A stretch of 63,903 bases of DNA, counting the filler, from Conidiobolus incongruus B7586 (lineage: Eukaryota): assembly GCA_000697335.1 (NCBI GenBank). It is 10 parts of 10 records of this genome, joined end to end, with 100 filler letters (N's around TTAATTAATTAA, not from the genome) between each part and the next. Parts side by side here need not be neighbours in the genome. Positions count along the whole stretch, not along the records: positions 37,726 to 61,673 come from JNEM01007116.1; 9 more parts are not named here. One strand, 5' to 3'. Position numbers and translations under genes: made by a program. Shown here piece after piece: positions 41,739-54,585 of this stretch (positions within the stretch are counted from its first letter, which is position 1; each line of letters begins with the position of its first letter). The notes under the pieces are model-generated. The model was not told the DNA's origin. It ran no database searches and was given only the letters and a program-made list of their open reading frames with translations.

Positions 41739-42237
41739 ATTATTATTAATTATTAATTTTAAAATTTTAATTCAATTAAAGAAAAATTGAATTGATTTTT
41801 AATTTTTATCATTGATTATTTAAGCATTTTTTAAATGTAACAAAAACTAATTATTATTATGAAATCATCATTGAATTAAATATAATTGAAAATTTTTAAA
41901 AATAATTATTTAAATAATTCATTATTGTTGTTCTTATTTTTAAAATAAATAGAGTATAAATTACCTTAATATTTTATTAATACATATATAATAAATATTT
42001 TAATATATAACTTTAATATCAAGTTATCAAATGATTATTTTATTATAATAAAATGTTATTAAGCTTAAATTATCAGAAATATGATTGTTAGTTCATAATC
42101 AATATTAATTTTTATTATATTAATTAAATAAAAATATATTTAAAAAATATATATAATTTCATATTTGTTAAAAAAATAACTATGGATATTTATTTTTTTT
42201 AACAATAAACTTATAATTTTAGTTTATTATTGAATAT

Positions 42238-44766
42238 TAAGCCTACTCAAATTTGTCCTACTTTTTCTGATTTTTAATTTGATTAATTTTTTCTAAAACT
42301 AAAATCAGTTACTTAGCCAAAAAAATCAAAAAAATTAGTCAAAAAAAAATAACTTACCAATTTTTTCAATTCATAAAACCCACCAGTTTTCTCTTATAAA
42401 ATATGAAAATAAGGCTAAAAATTTATTATTATAATTTATAGCAATATGGCTTTATTCTATATTAATCAAATAACTTTTATTTTATATTAAATACCATATA
42501 AATTTATTAGCAAGAATACTATTTTTAAGCTTTATCTTGTTTTTTTCTCCTATGTCATCTACTATTAATACTAGTAATAACAATAAAAACTCCCTTGAAC
42601 TACATTTGATAAAAGCTATACTTAGTTGGTTAAAGCAAAAGGAAAATTATAAATCCTGGTGCTTTAACAAGTTAAACATTTCTTTTCAAATATACAGGTT
42701 TGTTCTTGTTTTAAAAAGAGTAAATTATATAAAGTTAAGAAAAAAGCTTGATAAAATATTTAATCATATAAAAACTCTTATTCTCAAATTTAGAACTATT
42801 AAACAAGTTCTAACAAATAAACAATATAATAGAAATAGCCCTTTGTTTATAATAGTTAATATTCTTATAATACAAGATAATTTAGTTTTTAGAGCCTTTA
42901 ACATAGCTTTTATAGCTTTTTCATTACATAACTAATCTTACTGTGAAAAATTAAATTACTTAGATAATAAAGAATAAAATAATAGTAGCTTTCACCTTTC
43001 ATTGTTTTTTTTAATTAAAAGCTTTAAAAGCATAAAAAACAATAAAAGAAAAAAAAATACTTAATTTTCTTTTTTTCTTAAGGTTATTAAAAAAAGTATA
43101 TAAAAGTAAAATAAAATTTTAAGATAGGAGATTAAGCTACAACAACTATAAAAAGAATATTATTTATAAATATTAGAATAACAACAATTTTTAATAAAAA
43201 AACTCTTATAATTAATATAAAAGAATTTTAAAAAAAATAGTTAGTTTATATGATTTTTATTACAAAATAAAATATAATCAAAAGAATATATCTAAAATAA
43301 TCAACCAAATGTTAGTTTATGATGATATCACTATTTGTAATCTATTTAATTTAGTAAAATCATTATATATGTTGATTATATCTTATTTATTATTGTCAAC
43401 ATTAATATTTTTATTAGTTTTTTTTTTAACTTTTTTTTTAAATTATAGTCTTGTTTATTAAGAGAAATAAAGTTATAAAGGAAAATAGTTACATATATAT
43501 ATATAACAACAAATTAATAAGCTTTTGTATTTTGTATATAATAAAGCAATAACCTTAAACAAAAAAAGATAGCTTTTTAAATACTAAAAGTTTTTTCTAC
43601 TACAAATCACTCTTTATTATATGTAATATTAAATTTCTTTATTTTTTTCTTTATAAAAAGGAAGGCAACTTCAATTTAATTTTTTTAACATATAATAACT
43701 ATAAACTTATTATTAGTATAATCTATAAAAAACAAAAATTAAATAAAAATATTTATTTTTTATTGATAATAAATTAACTTAAGTATAAAGCAACTATATT
43801 GCTTATTATTATCTGTAAGAATATATTCTTTTTATTTAAAGTATTTATTTAACTTATTGAATAATTTAAATGCTTTTAAAATACTAGAGTCATAATATAA
43901 TTTAAGTTTCTTAAACTTAAAATATATAAATTTATTTGAAGATAATATAACAACTATATATTAAAAGCTATATGTGTTTTTTTTATTATAATATAACTAA
44001 GTATAAAATGTAAGCTGATCTTCAAGTATAATATAACTACTATTTAAGTAACTAATATAGTTATTAAAATAAAGTTATTTTGAATAAGCTTCTTTTATAT
44101 TATAATAATGTTTTAACCAAATTATTTAATTATCTAGTTTTTTTCTAATAGAGTATACTATTCTTTTAGTGTATAAAATAATAGTTCCTTCTCCTATTTA
44201 AAACTTCTCTATTATATCTTTTAAACATACTTTTTTATAACTTAATTAGTAAAGTATAACTGCTAATTGAGTTTCTAAAGATATTTATTTTCCTTAATGA
44301 GAAGAAATAAAATTTTTATATAATTGTAAAATATCAGCAAATTAGAAAAACTTAACCTTTAGTATCTTTATCTATCTTTTGAAATTATTTTCTTCTAAAG
44401 GAAGTTTATATATAGACTATTGTAGCAAGTATAATGTATATAGCAAGTGTAGAGATATGTATCTTGAGGTTTTTAGTTCATATAATAATCTTAAAATTGC
44501 TGGATCATCTGAGTTCTTATTAAAGTCTACTATAATGAGAGTAATAAAGAACTCTACTATTTCTTTTGTGTTAGGTATAAGAAAAAATAAAACTTGTGAG
44601 GTGATTTTAATGAATATTATATATTTTTTAATTTGAGAAGAGGAAAACTTAAAGTTAATTATTAAAAAAATCACTGAATTTTCTTTAGGTTATATTTAAG
44701 TACATTTTTAACATTTTTCAGAAAAATTGGAAAAATCAGGAATCAAAACAGATTTGAGTAGGCCCA
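42238..44766. mobile_element. ~2.5-kb TIR DNA transposon relic (superfamily uncertain)
   Basis: TIRs GCCTACTCAAATTTGT (42241) / ACAGATTTGAGTAGGC (to 44763) with subterminal CTGATTTTT/AAAAATCAG; CG-depleted interior. Confidence 0.6.
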
Positions 44767-46033
44767 TTATTTTATCTTTATTAATTTTAATTAAATTTAT
44801 TAAATATTAATTTTTTTTATTTCATTATAAAACTTTTAAATTTTAAATTTTAATTATAATATAATTTCTTTACAATGATTTTATTATTATACTTTGTTAA
44901 CTTTATAAAAATTTAATTATATAATTATTATTTATTAAATAATATAATATTTTAAATATAGAATATTTTTAAGTGATTTGTTATAGACATAATAATAATT
45001 ATTTTAAATTAGTTTTTTTTAATTTAATTAATTAAAATAATGTATAATTATCAATATTTTAAAATTATTTTTATTATATTAAATATTTTGATCTTCAAAA
45101 TATATTATAAAACCCTTTATTTTATTAAATTAATTTTAGTATAGAGTACAATAAATATATTAAGAATTTTAAACTAAATTGCAAATATTAGCTATCAACA
45201 TCAAAATAAAATAAAAATTGAGATTTATAAATATTATTGAAATATTAGTTATATTTTAAAATTTGATTTATTTAGCTAAAACACTAAATAATATTTGTAT
45301 ATAATAAAATCGATATATTACAAAAACGATAAATTTAGATCATTTTTTAATATACAAGGTTATTGAATTAAAAATTCAGTATAAAACAAATTATAAATCA
45401 GCCATAAAAAATAATCAAAGGGATCAAGAAATTTATTTGAAATAAAATATAATAAATAGAGTTGTAAGAACTAGGGTAAGTACATAATAATAATCCGCAT
45501 TAGCATTTGGATAATTACACAATAAAATATACGTCAGCAAGCTTTCGTTTAAAAATATATTATGAAAAGGCAAGCTGAATATATGAGGAATTGGGAATTG
45601 TTTATCAAAATAATATGGTTGAAATCAAGCATTCTGAAATATTCAGGATCAATAGTTTAAAATCGATAAAAACTTTGAAAAATTATAGTTATCATGATTG
45701 TATGGCCCCAAATCATTGAATGTACATATAATAAATGTATCAAATATTGGATATAGAAACTAAGAAAAAAAGTGTGTTAAGATAATAGTTAAACTGCTTA
45801 CCAAAATGGAATAAGGGCTAAATAGATAGATTCATTTGCAAGGTATAGAATGATAAGATATAATTATTATGAAAACTAAATTACTTGTTGAAAATAGCCA
45901 AGGATGGTATTAGGAAAAGTACAAGTACGGTAAAATAGGTTTGGGTTGGGTAGAAGCTTGAAACTTTGTTGTAGAGCCAATTGTACATCTAGAGTTAGAC
46001 CTCTCCGATAAAGAGTTTATTCGGGTTGACTAT

Positions 46034-46957
46034 TTAGGCAGTTTCTTCGGCCTTACCAAGGAGGGCTTCCTTCTTTTGGGCAGCACGTTGAGCACGCTTT
46101 TCACGGATGGCACGGGCCTTAGCACGGTGAGCTTCGGCTTGATCGGCTAACATCTTAGCACGAGCCTTTTCGGCCTTAGCCTTGTGGATAAATTCCATAA
46201 GAACACGCTTGTTCTTGAAAACGTTACCCTTACATTTGAGGTAGAGTTCACGGTACAAGTGACGATCGATTTTAGCGGTTTCGCGGTATTTGCGAAGCAT
46301 ACGACGGAGGACACGTTGGCGGCGCATCCACAAAACCTTAGTGGGCATACGAGCCTCAGCGGTACCACGGCGCTTTCCGTGACCCATATGACGACCCTTA
46401 CGCTTGGCTTCAAGTAATTTACGGACGCGGAAGCGAGAGTGAACAACTTGAGGCTTCTTGATGACTAAACCATCCTTGATCAATTTACGGATGTTTTGAC
46501 CTATAGCAAACAAATGGGGTTAAAAGATCGATCGAAATCTGGATCAAACATATAGATCCTTACGAGAGTTAGCATTGCTGATTTCAGTAGCTTCAGTGGG
46601 ATCTAACCAGACCTTGTTTTTACCACACTTGAGGACGCTGGCAGCGAGACGTTTTTGAGTACGGAGGTTGGCCCTAAATAACGCGGCAAGTTAGTAAATT
46701 GATTCGAATAATTTTTGCAAATTAAATAGTGGGATCACTATTAGATTTCATAGGCAGATTTGAAACCAAAACAATGTAATAAATATTATTTCATTATATT
46801 TTTTATAGTTCAATATTTTAATATAAATTTTTAACTCTAGATTGGAAATACCGCCCAAAATATTATTAATACGTCAAATACCGAAATAGAATTCGAAGCC
46901 AAACGAAAACTAACTAAAATCCCTGAAAAATAATAGAATTAGAGTATTAACTCACAT
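46034..46957 (-). CDS. RPL19: 60S ribosomal protein L19 (eL19); exons 46957-46956, 46673-46564, 46500-46034
   Basis: [26 protein letters not shown]...[15 protein letters not shown]...[21 protein letters not shown]...KGNVFKNKR; start codon split AT|G by an intron. Confidence 0.98.
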
Positions 46958-48973
46958 CTTTAATTTGAGTCCAGTGGGATGGAAGAAAGAGGATAATATT
47001 TCCAAAATTTTGAATTGGTTTTGTAGTTTAAATCATTTTCTCAAATTTTGGGATAATTCATTTTGATTTGACGAAAATTTTTTACCCTACAAATAATCAA
47101 TCCCATAATACTAATAAGCTGATTAATTCAATTGTGATAATTTAAATTAAGATTATTAAGTTTATTTCAATTAACAATCAGCATTAAATATGCAGTTTAT
47201 TACATTTTAGCGATAATAAAATACACTTTATTTTATCTTTTCAATTATTATTATTACTATTACTTTTTTTGATTTTATTCTCTATATAATATTAAAAGTT
47301 ATTTTTTATTGATTTTTTTAAACTAATTAATAATTAAACAAATTCAACCTTACACGGAAATCACTATCATTAATAATCCTTATAAGTCATTATAACTATT
47401 ATATTACCTTTTTGTGTTGATAACTATAATTTTGAATTTGACATTATGATTTTAATAAATTTCTTGATATAATCATCTATTCTAACAAATACGTATGAAC
47501 ACGTTTTGAATTCATTGGTATAAACAATGAATAATACTAAAATTATATATTATTTTTGTCCAATTTCCTCTTTTCAAGTTTATTTGATCAAGATAATAAT
47601 AAAATCTAAAAACTATTATTTCAATGATCTATCATATATGTATTTCAAAACAACTTAGATTAATGTTAAATATAAATATTTATATCAATTTTGCAATAGA
47701 AAAATTAAGAGAACATTGTAGTGATTGTATTCAATAAAATACCAACAATCAAATTATCCAAATTGATAGAAATTATGTCTTAACATAGCCTAGTTAATAT
47801 TAATATACAATAAACTATAGTCTCGTGAAATATTCAATAATTTGATTACATTAGTGAATTATTTTTCGAAAAGCTTCTAGCATTTAAACTATATAATACA
47901 ATAAATTGGATAATCAACTAAGTTAAAATTATATTACTGTTATAATCACAATATAATAAGAGCTTTGAAAATGTCATGCAAAATAAAAATTTGTAAATTA
48001 TGAGACTTAAATTTTAAATTTTTTATAGGTTTACTTAACCAATTTTAGTTGAATTTGTGTAATAATTTTGTAGATAATATCGTTGAAATTTAATTATAAT
48101 TTAAGATCAAAACAAACATTACAAATTCCAATATATATTGATACTATAATATATTTTTGATTTTTATTTGTTTTACGTTATGTTTTGGTTAATTCGGAAT
48201 AAATTTATAAAATGGAAATAAGACAATTTTAAACCAAAAATATTACAGGATATTATGATATATTGTTGATACTGGTGTTATAGGAACTAAATTAAAAATG
48301 GCCCAAAAATACGCTATAAAATATTGATTTTATTGAAAATTTGGATGAATTTTTTATAATAATAACTAACACAATATTGAAATGGATTTGATCAAACATT
48401 ACATTGATTCAAATATATTAAAATCAACTATTTCAATTATAATAAATTGACATTCACCAAAACTATATTTTACTTTATTTGTAATATACTAACAATCTAA
48501 TTATCATTTTTGATATTTTGCGATATTTATAATATTATTATGATCAACTGAGTAAAAGTGAAATGATATCATTTTTTTCAAAAGGGATTATTGGATAAAA
48601 TAAGAAATTAAGTTTATTATTTTAAATTAATAATTTTAAGTTAGCAAAATATTCAATTTGGATATTAAGATATTCTAAAATTGTCATTTATTCTATTTAA
48701 ATCTAATTTATTAAATATTATCTATATTTATTATAGTTATTTCATTAATATATAATATAATTATTATATCATGATAGAATTTATATCTAAATTAAGTGGC
48801 ATAATCCTAATAAATGAGTTAAAAACAATATAATATAAATTTATAAACGTATAATTAATCAATTAAATAACACGATATATCAAATGATAAATATTATAAA
48901 TGAATCCAAAAACAAAAATAATTTATTAAATTAATCCAAAAATGTCGTATTCTTATTATCATAAAATTTCAGT

Positions 48974-50284
48974 TTAATTATTTTGATAAATACTCAAAGA
49001 TCGCATCGTCCAAAAACTTGATCTACCTACCCTCGGACTACTCAAACTCGCACTCGTGGATGTCGACCCAGGGGAGAATGTGTCGGAGGGTCGACTTTTC
49101 GGGGAGGATGGATATCTTTGTACGGAGCCGCGTCTTCGCCTGTTCATGAGGTAGTGGTTCGGGTTGTTCGTGGGACTGTTGCTGAGGGTCGGTGAGGTTG
49201 GCGATGGCATCGCTGGCACAGGGAGTTGGGGCGGTGCGCAGAACATGAGGCCAATTCGCTCTTGATCCGTATTCCAGTGGGGTGAGCATAGATGGTAGAT
49301 CAGTGGGATGTTAATCTCGTTCTTTTCAATGAATCGGAAGCGAAGGTATTCGGTTTCAAAGTACGCACCCTTACAGTAAGTGCATTCACGCTGACGGAGT
49401 AAAAGGTTTATAACGGGTCGTGGGAGGTTGACACCATCATATATTTCGAGCAGTTTAGGCACAGGCTGCTGAGGAGTGATAATGGTTGATGATGAAGTTA
49501 ACTTGAAAGAATGCCGGTTTGATTTTTTAGGGGTATTCGGTCGCTGGGTAGCCTTTGCTAGTACTTTGAAGTGGTGATAATGACGGTGATAGTTTGCTAA
49601 ACAACGCGCAGATAGTTCCATTAGACTAAGCACGCCTTTTCTTTCCTTGGAATTGGTAATTTCTATTTGATTCTCGTCTATCATCGGACATCCTTCTGAT
49701 CTCAGAATTCTCAATCCAGGTAGCTTGCCTAATTGTGCAGGAAAGGATGAAATAAAGTTATGACTTACATCTAGTGTAGATAAATTGGACAGTTGGCCAA
49801 TATCAGTAGGTAGTTCCCTTAGTTTGTTGTGATGAACTGAGAGTAGATTTAACTTGGTTAAATTTGTGATGGAATTGGGTAAGCTTTTTAATTTGTTATT
49901 ATTTAATTTTAATTCGATAAGTTTGACAAGTTGGCCAATCGATTCGGGTATTTTAGTAAGCTGATTTTTGCTGATATCTAATATGGTCAGTTGAGTTAAT
50001 TGACCAATTTCCGTGGGTAGTCGAGTGAGTAAGTTGCAACATAGTTGGAAACATTGCACTAGTGGTAATTGTATAATTGTTGGATTGAGTTGAACAAGAC
50101 TCTGTGAACAAAGTGTGATGGAGTGGTGTCGATGATTGTGGCGACTCATTATATGTTGGATTGTAAGTGGCACCAGTTGATGATGTTGAATGGGCATATC
50201 TAGAGGGGGAGACAAGATATCAGATTGGACCAATAAATAACCAATAGGTGCCTGCATCTGGTCTTTAGTCAACTTATTCCCCAT
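48974..50284 (-). CDS. LRR protein, LRRC58-like (436 aa, single exon)
   Basis: About 5-6 LxxLPxxIGxLxxLxxLDxSxN repeats, then SLMELSAR, LPRPVINLL, CxxCxGxYF and IPLIYHLCSPH as in the LRRC58 C-terminus; MGNKLTK myristoylation-like start. Confidence 0.85.
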   Translation of the reverse strand: MGNKLTKDQMQAPIGYLLVQSDILSPPLDMPIQHHQLVPLTIQHIMSRHNHRHHSITLCSQSLVQLNPTIIQLPLVQCFQLCCNLLTRLPTEIGQLTQLTILDISKNQLTKIPESIGQLVKLIELKLNNNKLKSLPNSITNLTKLNLLSVHHNKLRELPTDIGQLSNLSTLDVSHNFISSFPAQLGKLPGLRILRSEGCPMIDENQIEITNSKERKGVLSLMELSARCLANYHRHYHHFKVLAKATQRPNTPKKSNRHSFKLTSSSTIITPQQPVPKLLEIYDGVNLPRPVINLLLRQRECTYCKGAYFETEYLRFRFIEKNEINIPLIYHLCSPHWNTDQERIGLMFCAPPQLPVPAMPSPTSPTLSNSPTNNPNHYLMNRRRRGSVQRYPSSPKSRPSDTFSPGSTSTSASLSSPRVGRSSFWTMRSLSIYQNN

Positions 50285-50589
50285 GATTTATAAGTTAGAT
50301 AATGAAGACTAGACAACCTCTATAAAATCTACAAAAGGAAATATGTACAAAAAGATGAATCACAGTGTATAGTGATTAAAAATTAAATAAATAAGGTCAT
50401 CAATCGCAGCTGAGCGACTGTTGATGAGTGTAAAATGAAAGGAATTAATTGAAAAATTTTGTTGATAATTAATTTTGGAGCATATTTATATGAATTGATA
50501 ATATTATAAATGTTTTTAGATGGTCAGTTAGGAAATTTTTTCATCAACAAATGAGATATACTCGTCTAAATTAGAGTTTATAAAGTTTT

Positions 50590-50910
50590 TCATTGGCTCT
50601 AGGAAGACTAGTGGGCCAATGATAATGGTGATGGGATTTGAATTTATTATCAATTAACTGAATGCAGCTAATGACGATGTTTTGAATTGTTAAAATTTAG
50701 TCTATTTATCTCATTATTTAATTATCAAAAACACGAGTCCTATAAATTCAAATTTTTGGAATTGACCAATCATTAATTTGGATTGAATGATTATGGTGCT
50801 GGATTGAAATTAGCCATGTGGTAGGCTGTGGGGTGTGCTAACGCTCCCGGTATTCTTGGTACCTGATGAATTCGACGCATTGTTGATATATTCATTTGAT
50901 ACCCCACATT
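50590..50910 (+). ncRNA. Candidate structured RNA divergent from the LRR gene (may overlap its promoter)
   Basis: CAUUGGCUC/GGGCCAAUG; AAUCAUU/AAUGAUU; three-way junction closed by UGUGGGGUGU/AUACCCCACA. Confidence 0.3.
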
Positions 50911-52389
50911 CATAAACATTTAGTTTAGAAAACTATAACATTAGACCTATAAATTAAAAATGTTCTTCTGAATCAGATTATAATTTAAAATCACTGATAT
51001 TTTATGTTAAATTCATTTTAAAAACAATATATAAAATTAATCTCAATCATAAAGATTGATAAGAGCAAATTTATAATAATCTAATAAAAAGGAGTGATTA
51101 AATTTATATTAGATACCATAATTTATCTAGGTTAATTCCTATTAATTAATTATCAATTTATTTACTCATTATTTCGTATAACAATTAAATTTTTGAACAT
51201 TTAGACTACTGTTTTAGAAATAATGGATACATATGGATTGATTTGGTAATGTAAAATAATTAGAGTATATTATGCCAAATTATATTTTTTAGTATAACAA
51301 TGAATGACCAAATAATAATATAAACTTATATTAATTTAATTAAAATAATAATCAAATTGATTCTATTCAAATATTAAAATCAGTTTAAAAAACATAATAA
51401 TAGTCCAACAAAGCACTATAATTCATTAGTAATTTTTTATTTTAATTATATTAAATTATCCTTCTTTCAATATATATAAAATAATTTTTCAATTTTAGTT
51501 TTTTACTAATTTGATTTGAATTGATTTTAATAAATTTTATTAGTCATTAAATCCATTTATATCATTTTATTATTGTTATTTTTATTTTTAATAGTCCATA
51601 TTTTTATTAAAATATTTCAAATATTTTGAAAAAAATATTATTTGTTTTGAAATTAAGTAAAATCCTTCAATAACTATTCCCAACTAACTAAAATGTATCA
51701 AATTTTAATATAATTTCATATCATATTATTTTTAATCAGTAATTATTTTTATTATTTTAATCCTTTATTAAATCATATTCTACTAATTATTGATAATGGA
51801 TTAATAAACTGACAGTTGTGATATGATTACACTACTCAAAGCTAATCTCATCCCATAACTAATCTTCAATCATCATATCAATATTCATGTGTTATAAACC
51901 ATCAATTGACTCTCAAATTTTGATTACTATATCGTATCAGATTAAAAAATATTAATTGTGCAATCTTTAAAAATCGAGCATGATAATATGAGAGACACTT
52001 CGTTTATATTGAATTGGAAGGCATTCAAATTAAGTTTGAGCTACAATTATTGTATCGGTTCATTAATATAGTAAATTAGAAATTACTCCTTTAGATTATA
52101 AATGAATCGATGATAAACTATAGAATATTATTATACTGTGAACTAATATTAATATATGAATAAAGCTAGATTAATTAGGATAATTTTAATTCAATCACAA
52201 AATACCTGAAGTGGAAGGCACACGAAAATAAATGTCCTATACTGATTAGAATACACAAAAGCATACTATTACAAAGTTATTCTATCATCCTGATAAGTCA
52301 AAAACCTAATTTACCATAGAAAAGACAAGAGTAAAAATGTGCTAGTTAAAAGTAAAATTTTATTTACTATGTTTGAAATATTTAGTAAA

Positions 52390-52910
52390 TTTTTTAAAAA
52401 TTAATTCTATTTATCCATAATAAAGTCTGTCACGACTATTAACTCTTTGAGCGTCATCGAAAACACTGACACAGTCATTGTGTAGGCCTGATTGTGAAGC
52501 ATGGTACCTACAAACTGAGGTAGGTTACTGATGATCAGTTCCCTAGTCGTCTGACCATGATTACTAGTAAATGGGGCGCTGAAGAGGGCGACTAGATCAG
52601 CAGCAGTGACAGTGAGAGAATCTGACATGCTAAGCAGGCAAACCACATAATATCAATAGGAATGGATGTAGAATGGATAATGGAATATGTCTCAAGTAAA
52701 GTTACAGATGGCTACTTGAGTATGCTCGGAAGTGGGCTTTGAGTAGGAAAATAAAGTTTATTTGTGAAGTGGAATAGAGAAAATTCCTCCCAGAATTGAG
52801 TGAGAAGCGTTGGCATACGTAGGCCATGACGGATCAATAACATGGTTATAAGGACATGTGAATATTGGGATATCGAGGTCTTAGAATCTTAGTCACAACT
52901 GGTTAGGGAT
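52390..52910 (+). ncRNA. Candidate ~500-nt structured ncRNA upstream of tRNA-Gly
   Basis: Nested GCCUG/CAGGC, AGCAUG/CAUGCU, ACCUAC/GUAGGU, UGAUC/GAUCA, CUAGUCGUCU/GGGCGACUAG; also CUCAAGUA/UACUUGAG, GGAAU/AUUCC, CCAUG/CAUGG. Confidence 0.55.
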
Positions 52911-53005
52911 ATTTATATAGCTCGATTGGAATGATTAGTGATTTGGTAGTGATTTTTGAGTGAGAGAAGGTATCAATTACATAATACTTGTCATCAAGTC
53001 CGTAA

Positions 53006-53076
53006 GCAATGGTGGTTTAGTGGTATAATTACCGCCTGCCACGCGGTAGACCGGGGTTCGATTCCCCGCCATTGCA
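53006..53076 (+). tRNA. tRNA-Gly (GCC)
   Basis: Acceptor GCAATGG/CCATTGC, D-loop AGTGG, anticodon arm ACCGC-CT-GCC-AC-GCGGT, T-loop GTTCGATT, downstream TTTT terminator. Confidence 0.97.
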
Positions 53077-53583
53077 GTACTTTTATTTTGTTTTTAAAAT
53101 TTTTTTCCTTCAATTATTTTTTTTTACTTTTCTCAATTTGTTAACCTGAATAAAACACCGCTATCAACTAAGGCCTATTAACTCCAAATTAAATTGTGAG
53201 ACATTCACCAAAGTAATAAATCCAATCCCACTCGAAGAATTCAACTATCCCAAATCATTTTTAAACTTAAAAAAACATTAAGGACGAAGATGGAAAGCAA
53301 TACAATTAATATAAACTAATGAGATTGGAAATTTCAAGTAATTGTCACACTCGTTTAACTTTTTATTATTTGAAACTGATTTTTAGGGATGAGGGAGAGA
53401 TTGAGCGAATGACATTCAAAACTTAATTTTAGTTCAATCCACTAGTCCTAAATTTTAAAGTGTCATGTTGATTAAGTGTAGGTGAAAACCTCTAAATTCG
53501 TTTAATCCATATATAAAACTTGAAGAGTTGTCTCATTGTTTGAAGCATTGAATTACTTTTGTTCAATTCTAAAATTTGAAAAG

Positions 53584-54585
53584 ATGTCGGATACTGCGAC
53601 TACCAACTTGACGAAAGCTGCTGCTGCTGATCAACTGTTTCGATTGGATTCCAAAGTGATTTCAGGTGCGAATTCCTTGAAATTAATTAGAACTTCTTCG
53701 AATCCTCAGTATATGGAAGGTGGTAAAATGAATCCGAGTAAAAATTTAGTGGATTTGAATTGCTTGATCCTCAAAGCCATTTCCAAAAATTTAACTGATA
53801 CTGTCAAGTTTCTCATTTCGGAAGGTGCTGACATTAATTTTGCAAGTCCGTGGAGTGATAGTGATCGTGGTCCTTTCGATTATATTACACCGCTCGGTAA
53901 GGCGTGTCAGCTGGGTAACACCACAATGGTTAAGCTGTTAATTGACATGGGTGCTAATGTTAACCAATTCCATAGCTTAGCACTCCTCATAGCTATTCAG
54001 TACGACCAACCCAGGATTATTGAGTATCTACTAGAACGCCAAGTTGAACTTAATTTCACCATCCATCAAGAGAAAAACCCCCTGCAATTGGTTTTTAACA
54101 ACAAGAATCTCAGGTGCTTCAAACTGCTACTGCCATTCAGTTTGGTTCAAGTATCACTTGAGTTAATCTTTCTCAACTGCTGTAGACTCGGATTACTATC
54201 ATTCTGTCAATACATGCTAACTCAAGTGGACTGCAGGGAGCATTTGATGGACAAAAATAATGTAAATCCCCTATTTGTTAATATCAAAAACCAAAATTGG
54301 CCAATGGTGCGGTTCTTACTCGACAACATTTACGATACCCAAGCTCTGGACAACATCGACGAATTTTCATCCGTCATGGATCTAGAGAAAGCGAGAGGTA
54401 TTGATGGGAGCACCGACTCCGACCACGACGACGAAAAACCCTTAAAATGTCACCTCAATCTCTACAATTTGTTATCAACTGAAGATGAATTTCATAAGAG
54501 TTCATGTCCCCCTTGCTACCCTCGCATTCCCTCTGTCATTGACTGTACTAACAATTCAAAGAAGACATTTTTAACCCAAATTTAA
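53584..54585 (+). CDS. Ankyrin-repeat protein (333 aa, intronless)
   Basis: VKFLISEGADIN, TPLGKACQLGNTTMVKLLIDMGANVN, ALLIAIQYDQPRIIEYLL; first ATG at 53584. Confidence 0.88.
   Translation: MSDTATTNLTKAAAADQLFRLDSKVISGANSLKLIRTSSNPQYMEGGKMNPSKNLVDLNCLILKAISKNLTDTVKFLISEGADINFASPWSDSDRGPFDYITPLGKACQLGNTTMVKLLIDMGANVNQFHSLALLIAIQYDQPRIIEYLLERQVELNFTIHQEKNPLQLVFNNKNLRCFKLLLPFSLVQVSLELIFLNCCRLGLLSFCQYMLTQVDCREHLMDKNNVNPLFVNIKNQNWPMVRFLLDNIYDTQALDNIDEFSSVMDLEKARGIDGSTDSDHDDEKPLKCHLNLYNLLSTEDEFHKSSCPPCYPRIPSVIDCTNNSKKTFLTQI

Noticed and set aside
42537..44674. ORFs 42537-42935, 44379-44636 and 44417-44674 as genes
   Set aside because: I/K/N/L-rich chance frames inside a hypermutated TIR element.
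46147..49289. Alternate-frame ORFs overlapping RPL19 and the LRR gene
   Set aside because: By-products of codon bias and higher GC in real genes.
50862..52534. CUGAUGA at ~50862 and ~52528 as hammerhead ribozyme cores
   Set aside because: No correctly placed GAAA and UH with stems II/III.
52900..52908. CCCTAACC on the - strand as a TTAGGG template
   Set aside because: Helices of the adjacent island need + strand G-U pairs; an 8-mer match is weak.
52407..53144. ORFs 52407-52646 and 52956-53144
   Set aside because: Non-ATG starts, no motifs; they overlap the structured island and the tRNA.
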